Virus record (IMG/VR): IMGVR_UViG_3300020045_008999
Span: 532,786-596,785 of that record
From: a virus
Lineage: Duplodnaviria > Heunggongvirae > Uroviricota > Caudoviricetes
Direction: 5' to 3' (one strand)
Length of the DNA: 64,000 nt
Position 1 is the first letter of the stretch, and every line of letters begins with the position of its first letter. The position numbers and the translations under genes were made by a program. This document shows positions 10,032 to 20,048 of the stretch, piece by piece. A model generated the notes under the pieces. It was not told the origin of the DNA. It was given only the letters and a program-made list of their open reading frames with translations, and made no database searches.

Positions 10032-10682
10032 TTAGTTTAAATTCCATTTATATTCATAATCATCTCCTAAGTTTTCTTGCAAAGACCGTTCTACTAGCAA
10101 CCGTAAATTATCCCAGAAACAATTATTATTTTTCAATATTGCTAAAATATCATCTCGGTTTATAACCCGTGCTTTATCCAATAATACTTCTTTCAATGTG
10201 TACCAATTTACCCCTGCACAATTCGTAACAATCACCATATTCCCCTTTACATCTTTATTAACACCATATTTAACGATTGATTGTCCCCAAAATTGTTTAA
10301 TGTCTTTTGATATTAATTCTGTTTCTATTTTCGACCTAAATTTAACCTGAACTGTCAATGGGTTACTTTTCAAACACAATCCAATTCCATCTACTCCATT
10401 ATCATTCCCACTAACAATTGGTTTGTATGTGGATATACACACACTACTGTGCGAACCACACAGATGGATCAATGCTTCGGTAAATATTTCAAATAAATCC
10501 CCTTTCATTTTATTAGTGCCACTTTTACCGGGATCATAACCAAAGTATTCAGCATGTTTTTTACTAATTTTCTGAATGCGATACTCCAGTGATCCGAATG
10601 AATTATTACCACTGAAAAGGGTTCTGTAAATATTTTCATCTTTAGAAAATAATGATATGAATTGCTCGTGTCTTATACGCAT
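10032..10682 (-). CDS. Mrr-like PD-(D/E)XK endonuclease
   Basis: GDLFE...DNGVDG...VQVK motif series. Confidence 0.7.
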   Translation of the reverse strand: MRIRHEQFISLFSKDENIYRTLFSGNNSFGSLEYRIQKISKKHAEYFGYDPGKSGTNKMKGDLFEIFTEALIHLCGSHSSVCISTYKPIVSGNDNGVDGIGLCLKSNPLTVQVKFRSKIETELISKDIKQFWGQSIVKYGVNKDVKGNMVIVTNCAGVNWYTLKEVLLDKARVINRDDILAILKNNNCFWDNLRLLVERSLQENLGDDYEYKWNLN

Positions 10683-10764
10683 AAATTTTAATAAGATGTA
10701 TTGATTCTAAGCAATACAAATGTTTATTTTTACAATTCTATTCCGATGTAAATAGGAATAGAAT

Positions 10765-12273
10765 TTAACCAATATTATTCACAATATTTTCTATGTATCG
10801 GATTTCAGCATTATTGAAATTAAAATATTTATATAGCTTATTATCGTCAAAATTGACATCAAGTGGAATTGCTGGAATATATTGATTAAACATTTTTTTA
10901 GATAATTCCTCAAATGTATTATACTTTATAAAAACATATCTAAACCATGTAGATCTCCCAATATACCAAGCCAGCTTTTCATACTCTTCCCGATTAGTAA
11001 CATACATATACATTATTGACCGAGAAACTGCGATGTCACTGTCCATAAAATTACTATATATAAAATCTCGATCAAGCCTACGGTGGTTCTTCATACTATT
11101 GAAATTACCACTCGCCCTAGGCATCACAATCTTACATCCAGTTAATCCTTTATCATTATTGATGTAATGAAACTCTATTTTTTTACCACCACCCAAACGA
11201 CTAAGCATTTTCACTCGATGTTTATAATCCGGTTCGAATTTAATACTGGGTGTAGCTTCTACACTACCATATCTCAACGTTTCATTTCTACCCCGGTGTA
11301 ATTCTAATTTATCAAGATTTGCTATTTTTGACATAATTGAATATTCTATCCTATTTTCATAGTTATGTATTGGATCATTAGGTTCAATTTCAACGACATC
11401 GTTTATCATAATACTTTGAGTTTCATTCGTTCTATTCAAAATGAAGTATAAAGTTGATAAATGAACATCAAATTTTCCATAACCTAAAAATTTAACACAA
11501 GTCAGACCATTTTTCTTCAACAGTGGGATATATCGAACCTCATTCAAATTTAATGTAATTTTGGATGGGATTATAAATGCCATGTGGTCACACCAGGGCA
11601 TGAATTTGTTTATAAATGGTAAGTAACTGGTGTAGTTATATGGTGGCATACCTACTACCACATCGAATTTATCAATGCCCCATACATCTAACGCATGTTT
11701 ATTGAATTCTGGATCTATACTGCTTCCCGAAAAGATATTCATCTGATAGCCCCCAAATGGATTCAAAATACATTGAAATATGAATGTATGAATTGGTTGA
11801 ATTTCGGCCACGTAAATCATATTTTCAATAATATGACGGCACCTAATTTGTGCATTGGGTTCCCATTCTTTTAATCCATTCATCAACCTAATAAGTATTA
11901 ATATTGGAAAAGTACCAATACCGTTCGCCGGATCTATCCATTTTAAAGTAGGATTATCCCATAAATTATGGGGGAGTTTATCTAATACGTCACAAGCCAA
12001 TTCGATATTAGTTTGTGTATCACCATATTTTTTCCGGGAAGATAATGGTATTGGGCAATATGAAGATAGTTTATCTAATAATATAGATAAATGATTTATA
12101 TCACAAACTTCATTTGAGTTTATTATAGATAATATCTCAGTGAATAATAATCTATTTTCATTGATAAATGCAAGAATTGCCAAACGTTTTCTAGGCAACA
12201 GGTTTACTTTATCAATAATGTCAGATGGTACATATTGATTTGCAATAAAATCATCTATAAAATTGGTAAACAT
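10765..12273 (-). CDS. Gamma-class N6-adenine DNA methyltransferase-like protein (Eco57I-like) with atypical MPPY motif
   Basis: Motif I IDPANGIGTF, motif IV VVGMPPY, AFIIP, C-terminal TRD-like region. Confidence 0.8.
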   Translation of the reverse strand: MFTNFIDDFIANQYVPSDIIDKVNLLPRKRLAILAFINENRLLFTEILSIINSNEVCDINHLSILLDKLSSYCPIPLSSRKKYGDTQTNIELACDVLDKLPHNLWDNPTLKWIDPANGIGTFPILILIRLMNGLKEWEPNAQIRCRHIIENMIYVAEIQPIHTFIFQCILNPFGGYQMNIFSGSSIDPEFNKHALDVWGIDKFDVVVGMPPYNYTSYLPFINKFMPWCDHMAFIIPSKITLNLNEVRYIPLLKKNGLTCVKFLGYGKFDVHLSTLYFILNRTNETQSIMINDVVEIEPNDPIHNYENRIEYSIMSKIANLDKLELHRGRNETLRYGSVEATPSIKFEPDYKHRVKMLSRLGGGKKIEFHYINNDKGLTGCKIVMPRASGNFNSMKNHRRLDRDFIYSNFMDSDIAVSRSIMYMYVTNREEYEKLAWYIGRSTWFRYVFIKYNTFEELSKKMFNQYIPAIPLDVNFDDNKLYKYFNFNNAEIRYIENIVNNIG

Positions 12274-12304
12274 ATTGACTACTTTAGTCGTTATACCATT
12301 TTAT

Positions 12305-14005
12305 CTACCCAAAGTTGTGTTTAAGCCACTCTTCTGGGGACAATTTATCTAGATTGTCGGATTTTTGTTTATTCTTAACGTCAATGTATAAATCTTCTAT
12401 GATTTGTTCCAGGTCATTATCACATAAATCTATTTTACCGTCTTTGTAGTATTTGGTGACATTTAGTCGATCGTCGGTGGTTCGCTCAGATCCTTTACCT
12501 AAAGCATTACCCAATCCATGATCAGTACCGGATTTGAAACCATATTCTTCGCGTAGATTAATTATTACTTCTGCAATGGTTTGCTTTACCCTGTCGCCAG
12601 CACTGGTCCAATAGGGTATGATGATTGCACAATGTGGCTTAACCCAAGTTCCATATTCGCGTACCTTTATCAATCCAGCTCGCAATCCAGCTCGATCTTT
12701 CGGATGTAAGCGAGTTCCCCTTCCGGCATTCTGAAGTAATTTAGGTTTACTCGGTAGATTGTCAGTTAAAAACATAATTCCTGTAAAACCAGATACATTA
12801 ATGCCTTCTGAAAGTGTATCAAAATGTAAAACTATCGCATTCTCAGTACTTCCTAAATTTTGTAATCGATCTAAATATTCTTCACGTTTGCTAATATAAT
12901 AGTTATCAATTCGATGGGTGCTACCAATTGGGGTATTGTCTATATCATATTCAGTATCTGATGCACCACAACAAATAGTAACATCCGGCATGATACCAAC
13001 TAATTCTTTGGCGATTCGCCACATCATTTTAACTGATTCACATTTTATGAGTAGCTTAGCACCTATATCATCCGGACTCACGGAAACATCCTTAACCCAA
13101 TCATGATGACTTTGGTATACATCACATACAAATTTAGAAACACTCTTTAGGTTGATTAATTTATCAACAAGTCCATCCACCGGTGTGGCGGTATGTATAA
13201 CTGGTAGAACTACGTACCCATCTTCGATCGCTTCTTTGAATGACATACCAAATCGTTCGCCATATATTGATATGTTGTTCATCAAGGCGGATTGTGCGGC
13301 CACACTTTCATCATCACAATCCTTAGGGGTTGCTGTTAAGAAAATATACTTATGTGATTTTATTTTATTGAAGCTAGTATAGAAATTGATATCCTCACCA
13401 AAGTAATCAGTTGCAAGTGTATGGGCCTCATCACAATAAACAACATCGATCGGTACGTCCAGTGACGCAAAAATATTTGCGGAATGATAGGTGCTTATGA
13501 TTACAATTTTGCGATTGGCAATTCGATGCCTATCAATTGCTATTTTAAGATCGTTTGAGTTTAGTGTATTAGTGAATAACTCAGACATATTTATGCGATT
13601 TAATAAACAAAGCTTATTAAACTTTATTTTTAAAGCAATTTCAGTATTATTTAATAATATGTTATCAGTATTATTAAGCTTCTCATATATGTTTATATAT
13701 TTACTACTACCAACGAAAATAAATCCAATGTTACCTAGCATTGGATCTAATGATTCAACTATATCGTTAAGGTGTTGGGTATTGAGTGTAAGACGGTGTG
13801 ATAGGGTTAGGAATATGTCTTCTTTCGAATTTATAATTCGATCCATTAAATGCGTAATCATAATATAACCTTTACCCGCACCGGTTGGGATACACAGGGT
13901 CATTCTGATTTTAGTTAGCATCAACTCAAAATAACCTCTTTGACGATCATTCAGTGATGATATTCGATTTATTATGTGATTGACATGTGATGCTAATACC
14001 TTCAT
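12305..14005 (-). CDS. SF2 (DEAH) helicase, type III Res / type ISP-like
   Basis: IPTGAGKG, STYHS, DEAH, TATP, LSEGINV, QNAGRGTR. Confidence 0.85.
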   Translation of the reverse strand: MKVLASHVNHIINRISSLNDRQRGYFELMLTKIRMTLCIPTGAGKGYIMITHLMDRIINSKEDIFLTLSHRLTLNTQHLNDIVESLDPMLGNIGFIFVGSSKYINIYEKLNNTDNILLNNTEIALKIKFNKLCLLNRINMSELFTNTLNSNDLKIAIDRHRIANRKIVIISTYHSANIFASLDVPIDVVYCDEAHTLATDYFGEDINFYTSFNKIKSHKYIFLTATPKDCDDESVAAQSALMNNISIYGERFGMSFKEAIEDGYVVLPVIHTATPVDGLVDKLINLKSVSKFVCDVYQSHHDWVKDVSVSPDDIGAKLLIKCESVKMMWRIAKELVGIMPDVTICCGASDTEYDIDNTPIGSTHRIDNYYISKREEYLDRLQNLGSTENAIVLHFDTLSEGINVSGFTGIMFLTDNLPSKPKLLQNAGRGTRLHPKDRAGLRAGLIKVREYGTWVKPHCAIIIPYWTSAGDRVKQTIAEVIINLREEYGFKSGTDHGLGNALGKGSERTTDDRLNVTKYYKDGKIDLCDNDLEQIIEDLYIDVKNKQKSDNLDKLSPEEWLKHNFG

Positions 14006-14403
14006 TAATCTACAATTTTTGAAATTGCATCCGTGCGATTATAAATCTTTTTTTTATCTTCACTAACTTTGAAATAACCATCAAATTTTTCAAATTGTTT
14101 TGCTATTCTAGTAATATCGGTAATAAGAGATTTTTTATATTCCTTAATTATACTATCACAATCATTTTCTATATAATATAGTGAATTTGATGCATAGTTT
14201 GATAGAAAAGAACTTTTCCTACCTGGTAAACACTTATAATAACGATATGTGAATTGTTTGCGAAATATTTTAAATGTAATCGTAGTAAACTTATATACTT
14301 TTAAATTACACTTAACACCATTACTGGCCACATATAAGTTGAATCGGTACGATTCTCCATCTTCATATATAAAATCAACGTTTGATAAAATTTTATTGTT
14401 CAT
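14005..14403 (-). CDS. Hypothetical protein (C-terminal RxxxIxxI motif)
   Basis: ORF coupled to helicase start; TACATTTG at 14431-14438 (minus). Confidence 0.55.
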   Translation of the reverse strand: MNNKILSNVDFIYEDGESYRFNLYVASNGVKCNLKVYKFTTITFKIFRKQFTYRYYKCLPGRKSSFLSNYASNSLYYIENDCDSIIKEYKKSLITDITRIAKQFEKFDGYFKVSEDKKKIYNRTDAISKIVD

Positions 14404-14456
14404 AACTTTTCAACTATTAGATAATTTTCACAAATGTAATTATTTTTTATTACATA

Positions 14457-14714
14457 TTAACAAACTGCTCCACCTAATTTAGTCGAATCATATGGAATTA
14501 TTTTTTTATTATTTTCATCATAATCTTCCCTCGATTCGATATCAGTATCAAGTACATTTTTAATATTGATAATATTTGCTCCCTCAGTATTCATATCACT
14601 GATTCTATCACCAATATCAGTTCCTTTAGACGCTTTACGCACCTTAACAAGTTGTTCAATTGATTTATCATTCGAAACTGACTCATTATATTCTTTGAAA
14701 TTTAAAACTTTCAT
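14457..14714 (-). CDS. Putative internal head protein
   Basis: N-terminus MKVLNFKEYNES; TTAATATATA at 14733-14742 (minus). Confidence 0.5.
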   Translation of the reverse strand: MKVLNFKEYNESVSNDKSIEQLVKVRKASKGTDIGDRISDMNTEGANIINIKNVLDTDIESREDYDENNKKIIPYDSTKLGGAVC

Positions 14715-14738
14715 ATAATAGTTATGTTTTTTTATATA

Positions 14739-14981
14739 TTAATCATTTAAAATCATATTTAAGTAATACAATCGAGTACTAGTAATATACTTAACATCAA
14801 TGTCGTATATTTTACTTTTAGAATTTAATTCATCAAAAATAAAAAAAAGCCACCGCCCTGCCCGAGTTCTACCAGTATCCCATGGTATATCCAATTGGTA
14901 TACATTACTGTTAATCAATAAACACTCCCCTGCGGAATTGAATATAGTTGGTCCAGTATATTGAAATTCTTTTATAATCAT
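14739..14981 (-). CDS. Hypothetical protein
   Basis: ORF ending RLYYLNMILND. Confidence 0.5.
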   Translation of the reverse strand: MIIKEFQYTGPTIFNSAGECLLINSNVYQLDIPWDTGRTRAGRWLFFIFDELNSKSKIYDIDVKYITSTRLYYLNMILND

Positions 14982-15064
14982 TATGATTTATTTATACTAT
15001 TATATTGTTTTTATAGTATAATGTTTTATATTTGTATTATTATAACGCAAATATATTTAGAAAA

Positions 15065-15325
15065 ATGATAATAAACAAATTAGAATCCATACAAACTTTA
15101 GTTGTTGAAAATATTTCTTGTGATTGTTGTGGGAAGAGTTGTAAAGTGGGAAATAATGATGATGGACAATTCGAATATATGGAAATGAACGCGTGTTGGG
15201 GGTTTGAGAGTGGTAAAGACCTAGAAACGTGGACCGCTCATATATGTGAAACATGCGTTGATGAAAAATTCACCTTTGTGAATTTCCATAAAAAAGGATT
15301 CGGAATTAATACAAACCATAAATAA
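15065..15325 (+). CDS. Small zinc-binding protein
   Basis: CDCCGK...HICETC; TATATTTG at 15027-15034. Confidence 0.6.
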   Translation: MIINKLESIQTLVVENISCDCCGKSCKVGNNDDGQFEYMEMNACWGFESGKDLETWTAHICETCVDEKFTFVNFHKKGFGINTNHK

Positions 15326-15326
15326 C

Positions 15327-15644
15327 ATGGACGAGTATAAACAAAAAATATTTGACGCAAAGTGTATTGCGTACACTCAGAAAGATGCAAGAACAGCATT
15401 TCAATTCAAAACACCATATTCAGAATTACCAATCATGTTTACTTATGGTAGTTCATCATGCCATCCAGATAACAACAGGTCTCTGCGGACTGCGGACTTG
15501 GTATTATGGGTTAAGTTTATAAATACGGAATGGTTTCGACCATGTGGTGGATTTACAGAATCTCAGATTGCTAAAATGCTAGAAATATGTATGAATGATT
15601 TACAAATTGATTCACTTATTAATATGTTATGTAATACAAATTGA
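15327..15644 (+). CDS. Hypothetical protein
   Basis: ORF in operon. Confidence 0.55.
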   Translation: MDEYKQKIFDAKCIAYTQKDARTAFQFKTPYSELPIMFTYGSSSCHPDNNRSLRTADLVLWVKFINTEWFRPCGGFTESQIAKMLEICMNDLQIDSLINMLCNTN

Positions 15645-15699
15645 AAAGAGTAAACTTTATCAACAAGGATCAGTATAAATAATAAATATTTATCATTAT

Positions 15700-16008
15700 A
15701 TGACTACACCAACCCCAGAGACAAACACAAGTATTGACTTATCTCATATTATTAACACAACAGGTGCTGCCAGGACCCCTGATTTATATAACAATAACAT
15801 TAAATTGATACATACCGTTGAATTTGCAGAATCTATTGAGCTTATTTACATATATACATCGATGAATACGTTGGCAGTCTATCCACCATATACGGAACGC
15901 ACTGTTTTCAAAGTAGTATTTAGCTGTATTGATGGAAAATGGAATAAATCCGAACCAATATATGGTAGAATCAACGAACGTCAAGAAGAAACATACGAAT
16001 TCAATTAA
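15700..16008 (+). CDS. Hypothetical protein
   Basis: ORF; AAACTTT-N14-GTATAA at 15652-15678. Confidence 0.55.
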   Translation: MTTPTPETNTSIDLSHIINTTGAARTPDLYNNNIKLIHTVEFAESIELIYIYTSMNTLAVYPPYTERTVFKVVFSCIDGKWNKSEPIYGRINERQEETYEFN

Positions 16009-16025
16009 CCTAAAAAATAAAGATT

Positions 16026-16319
16026 ATGAACATTTTTCCAATGATTGCTATAATTGCCCTTACGTATATATTCCTCGGAATTGCAGGGATAATTTCAATT
16101 AGCAAAACTAGAAAACAAATTAGATTAGTTATTACCACATTTTCGAAGAAAATTAAAGATGCAACAACTATCAGTGAGTTGATCAATATTAATATTGAAC
16201 TCTCTAAAATAATATGTAAGCGTAATAGTACCAAATTAAAATCATTTTTGTATTTAGATGCTAAACCATTACTAACCGCGATTAATTCAAAGCTAGAACT
16301 TCTAAATAAGTTAAAATAG
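16026..16319 (+). CDS. Membrane-anchored hypothetical protein
   Basis: N-terminal hydrophobic helix. Confidence 0.5.
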   Translation: MNIFPMIAIIALTYIFLGIAGIISISKTRKQIRLVITTFSKKIKDATTISELININIELSKIICKRNSTKLKSFLYLDAKPLLTAINSKLELLNKLK

Positions 16320-16500
16320 TACCAATGAATATTTGATAATACCATCGAGGAATGTGGATTTCATTTACCTCATAATTGGCGGTGATCTCTATCAATAGTA
16401 TGATATTCAGTGAATTCAAATATTCTCACAACTAGATTAGTGTATTTAGTAAACTAAAAGAGTAATTCCGGATATAATTACAAATATAAGAAATATAATT

Positions 16501-16773
16501 ATGAGTTTTTTTACAGAATTTTTCACAATGTTGAAAACAAACCATGTGTTTTTTATAAGCACTTCGCTAAGATATGTAGGTATAGAATCTAAAAAATTTG
16601 TAAAAATATTCAAATATATACCATGGCCTAAAGCATGGTGTGCTAGTCTATCACACACCACTCTATATTACTATAGTTTGGATGATTTGTTCCGATACCC
16701 ATTTGCCTACCTACATTTTATGTACCTTTCCATAGGTGATTGGTATTTGAAATACCGCTCTGAAAATAATTAG
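16501..16773 (+). CDS. Hypothetical protein
   Basis: ORF only. Confidence 0.35.
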   Translation: MSFFTEFFTMLKTNHVFFISTSLRYVGIESKKFVKIFKYIPWPKAWCASLSHTTLYYYSLDDLFRYPFAYLHFMYLSIGDWYLKYRSENN

Positions 16774-16797
16774 ACATAAATTTTTATAAAACCACGG

Positions 16798-17247
16798 ATG
16801 ATATCTAAAAATAAACATGGTGATGATGTAAATATTATCATCAATAAAAATGATCTCATTGATTTAATTAATGAGATCCCAAATTTCCAAGATTTCCATT
16901 TATCAAATAAATTGATGAAATTAATTAGACCTGGGTATAGCATTGATTTAGATTCTGATGGGTGTGTCATTTCATTAAATTTAGATGGATTTCCATGTGC
17001 ATGGGATTCTGGTGATGTTGAAATTATACGACATATGATAAATAGCGGATCCCTTGATAATTATGAAGATTTAATCGGGATCCCGATTGCACCAAATTCT
17101 AATAATGGTGGGATTAAACAGCGACCACATGCACACAATCAATTAGTAAACTCTACCGATAGTGAATCTATAATACCGTGGGACACTGTTTCACTTTCAT
17201 ATATCAATCTATTTCTGAGAAGGAAAAATCTTAAATTAAGTATGTAA
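16798..17247 (+). CDS. Hypothetical protein
   Basis: ORF followed by hairpin 17249-17282. Confidence 0.55.
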   Translation: MISKNKHGDDVNIIINKNDLIDLINEIPNFQDFHLSNKLMKLIRPGYSIDLDSDGCVISLNLDGFPCAWDSGDVEIIRHMINSGSLDNYEDLIGIPIAPNSNNGGIKQRPHAHNQLVNSTDSESIIPWDTVSLSYINLFLRRKNLKLSM

Positions 17248-17322
17248 AAATAACCAGATAAATTGTTGTCTGGTTATTTATTTTTGATTATATTTGCGAA
17301 ACGTATATTATACAAGTTAAAA

Positions 17323-17700
17323 ATGAATTGGATAAAACGATTATTTAAATCATCGGTTATAAACGATATGCCACGTGGCAACAATACTGGATATCCTTAT
17401 CGAAATTCATATGATTTTTCGACTAAAGAGTTTGAAGTGTTGCGAATTACATATTCTTGGTTCAAGTATGATAGAGTTTTAAATAATATCCCGACTTGGA
17501 ATCATTATAAATATTATAAAAATGCCGCGGCTGCATATGATGCCGTCCGAGATTTTCGTAGAAGTTGGTACGATAAAGCGTATTATGATTATCCAGCATT
17601 GAACAATGGAGTTGAAAATGAAATTAAATACCCACATATTAAACCTACAATTACCATATTTCGCTATAAAGTAGTTCGTAGAATTAAAATTAACAACTAA
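17323..17700 (+). CDS. Hypothetical protein
   Basis: ATG MNWIKRLF downstream of TATATTTG 17289-17296. Confidence 0.55.
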   Translation: MNWIKRLFKSSVINDMPRGNNTGYPYRNSYDFSTKEFEVLRITYSWFKYDRVLNNIPTWNHYKYYKNAAAAYDAVRDFRRSWYDKAYYDYPALNNGVENEIKYPHIKPTITIFRYKVVRRIKINN

Positions 17701-17712
17701 AAATTCACAAAT

Positions 17713-18036
17713 ATGAAAACAGAAATTAACATTACGGCACTAGGGTATGGATTCTTTTGCCATATCAATTTTGAAAAAACTGTAGTAGCAGTTGATTTTA
17801 GTATAAACTCTGATGACACTTTAGATTTTTCACTATTAAATTATGTGCATAAAGTAGATGAAGTATCATTGGCACAAGTGCGTACATTATTATTGGATAA
17901 TTTAGCATACTTTAAAAATTTTCGAAGAAAATACAATGATTTTAATTACGAACCTACCGAGATTGATTTCAACTGTACTGGGTATTTAGAGTTTTTGGAA
18001 TCAAAGTTGAAATTAAATTCCACACACCAATGCTAA
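17713..18036 (+). CDS. Hypothetical protein
   Basis: ORF in operon. Confidence 0.55.
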   Translation: MKTEINITALGYGFFCHINFEKTVVAVDFSINSDDTLDFSLLNYVHKVDEVSLAQVRTLLLDNLAYFKNFRRKYNDFNYEPTEIDFNCTGYLEFLESKLKLNSTHQC

Positions 18037-18281
18037 TAAATTTTATAGATATAGACGATAATGAAATTGAGTCAATATCCTTACCACACAACGTTTTCAA
18101 AATAGGTGACAAACTCGATTTAAGAGTTGCTAATCGTGATATGGTAGCTTGGCCAAATATTAAAGAAATTAATAGGCGGTTTGAAGTACTTGACGTTGAG
18201 ACATTCATAAGAATAGTATACCATGCAAATCGGACTACTGATCAGTATATACAAACCTCAGTTACTATCAAAGCTTTGTAA
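18030..18281 (+). CDS. Hypothetical protein
   Basis: ORF in operon. Confidence 0.55.
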   Translation: MLINFIDIDDNEIESISLPHNVFKIGDKLDLRVANRDMVAWPNIKEINRRFEVLDVETFIRIVYHANRTTDQYIQTSVTIKAL

Positions 18282-18317
18282 ACTTGATTCAAAAACATAA
18301 CCATTTAAATATTAAAC

Positions 18318-18599
18318 ATGAGCATTAAAAAAGGAATTGGGTATTCGCCCTTGAGCGATACCGTTTATATTGGTAAACAAAACTCAGTGAAACGAATGTG
18401 GGTTGGTCCTAAGGAAGACATCACTAATGAATTTTTAGCAGTGGCTTTTGAATATTTTCCAGAAAATACCGTACGTGAAATTAGTACTGGCACCAACTTA
18501 AATCTTATTATCAACATAAGAAAAAATCCGAAAAGTATTCAAAAGATTATCGATCTTTTGAACAAAGATTTAGCTGAGTTAACTGCGACTCAAAAGTAA
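18318..18599 (+). CDS. Hypothetical phage protein
   Basis: IGYSPLSDTVYIG...WVGPKEDITNE. Confidence 0.6.
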   Translation: MSIKKGIGYSPLSDTVYIGKQNSVKRMWVGPKEDITNEFLAVAFEYFPENTVREISTGTNLNLIINIRKNPKSIQKIIDLLNKDLAELTATQK

Positions 18600-18615
18600 A
18601 CCATATATTTAAAAC

Positions 18616-18891
18616 TTGACAGTTATGAAAATACTTTCGAATACCGATAATTTACTACGACATACTTTATTCACTGGCATCTGGCTTATCATATTTTCAA
18701 TCATCAGTATGTTTTGTGCGAGAATATACATGGATATAACGGGAAAACACCCCATTGACTTAAACATTTTTGGGTATATAATAATGTTTGTCGGTGGGGC
18801 TGGTTGCGGTCTTTTTTCATATGCACTTTTAATTAAGTTTATCGAGCGAATAACGATTGATATGAAAATAATAAAAGAAAAATACAAATGA
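18616..18891 (+). CDS. Two-TM membrane protein
   Basis: Two hydrophobic helices. Confidence 0.55.
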   Translation: MTVMKILSNTDNLLRHTLFTGIWLIIFSIISMFCARIYMDITGKHPIDLNIFGYIIMFVGGAGCGLFSYALLIKFIERITIDMKIIKEKYK

Positions 18892-19313
18892 TAGAAATCC
18901 CAGTTGAGGCGGCAAAACAATTTTGTGAGGAATATGACAAAGACCAATGTATTATTTTATCTTGGGATGAAGTGTCTAAATCTACCTGGGTGACCACCTA
19001 TGGTGTTGGTGATACAAACAGTAAAGAAGCATGTAATGCTGGAAATGCACTCAAAGATTATCTAAAACTAAAGCGTGATAATGACGAAATCCCATCACAG
19101 TTTAAAGAATGGGCCATTGAAAAAGTTGATCGCTATTGGTACTTCAGTTCTAGGAATGGGCGTAAGTTTGTAGAAACCACTTTTTGGTATGAGAAACATA
19201 CATTAGAGCGAAAAGAGTCTACCCGATCGATAAACGATATTTACGACGATTATAATTTACCAGAGTGGGCAAAATCTATTATTGATTATCGAAAGAATAT
19301 GAATGTAAATTAA
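18888..19313 (+). CDS. Hypothetical protein
   Basis: ATGA-coupled ORF. Confidence 0.6.
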   Translation: MIEIPVEAAKQFCEEYDKDQCIILSWDEVSKSTWVTTYGVGDTNSKEACNAGNALKDYLKLKRDNDEIPSQFKEWAIEKVDRYWYFSSRNGRKFVETTFWYEKHTLERKESTRSINDIYDDYNLPEWAKSIIDYRKNMNVN

Positions 19314-19320
19314 AATTTCA

Positions 19321-19965
19321 ATGATTAAATTAAAACCAAATAGGGAATATAATTTTCGTTTAATGCCCGGTAATTGTAACAACCATATACAAATGGTTAA
19401 AGTGTGTGTAGAATCCAATCATAGGCCATTTATTTTACATAAATACTTCACAGTCGTATTAACTAACGATGATAAGTTAGATGTATTGGTATTTGGAAAA
19501 CAAATCAATAATTTTATACAATCAGTGTATAACGGTTATTGTGGCACATCAGAGGGTTACTTTTTATTATCGCATACATCAACCGAAATAGATCATTACT
19601 ATGGGACTAGCGATAAATCATACTTGAATATTTATGAATCTGAAGACTACCTTCAATATACAGACGTTGTATTGTATGAACCATGTATACTACATGACCT
19701 TAGTTCGGAAAGAATATTATCATTTAGAACGCGCACGACACAAAACTTACTGGACATATATAATGTAGGTACAATCAATTCAGAACCTTTAATCAATAGT
19801 GTAAAGTATAATGAATTAATAAATTCATGTCTAACAGATGATTTAATACAAAATGCCATTACCGAATTTAAACAAATGTACTTGGATTTGGCAGCACCTC
19901 ACATAGTACATTTTGATGATGCAGCAGTTAAGTATTATCAAGAATCATTATTAATAAAGCTATAG
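19321..19965 (+). CDS. Hypothetical protein, weak gp32/SSB-like N-terminus
   Basis: KLKPNREYNFRLMP and VLVFGKQI echo SSB motifs. Confidence 0.5.
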   Translation: MIKLKPNREYNFRLMPGNCNNHIQMVKVCVESNHRPFILHKYFTVVLTNDDKLDVLVFGKQINNFIQSVYNGYCGTSEGYFLLSHTSTEIDHYYGTSDKSYLNIYESEDYLQYTDVVLYEPCILHDLSSERILSFRTRTTQNLLDIYNVGTINSEPLINSVKYNELINSCLTDDLIQNAITEFKQMYLDLAAPHIVHFDDAAVKYYQESLLIKL

Positions 19966-20048
19966 AACAAGTATTGTGTTTCTATTTAATTGGTGATTTA
20001 AAGCATATTCGGTATATTTGTTGAATATTAACTTAAGCATACACTACC

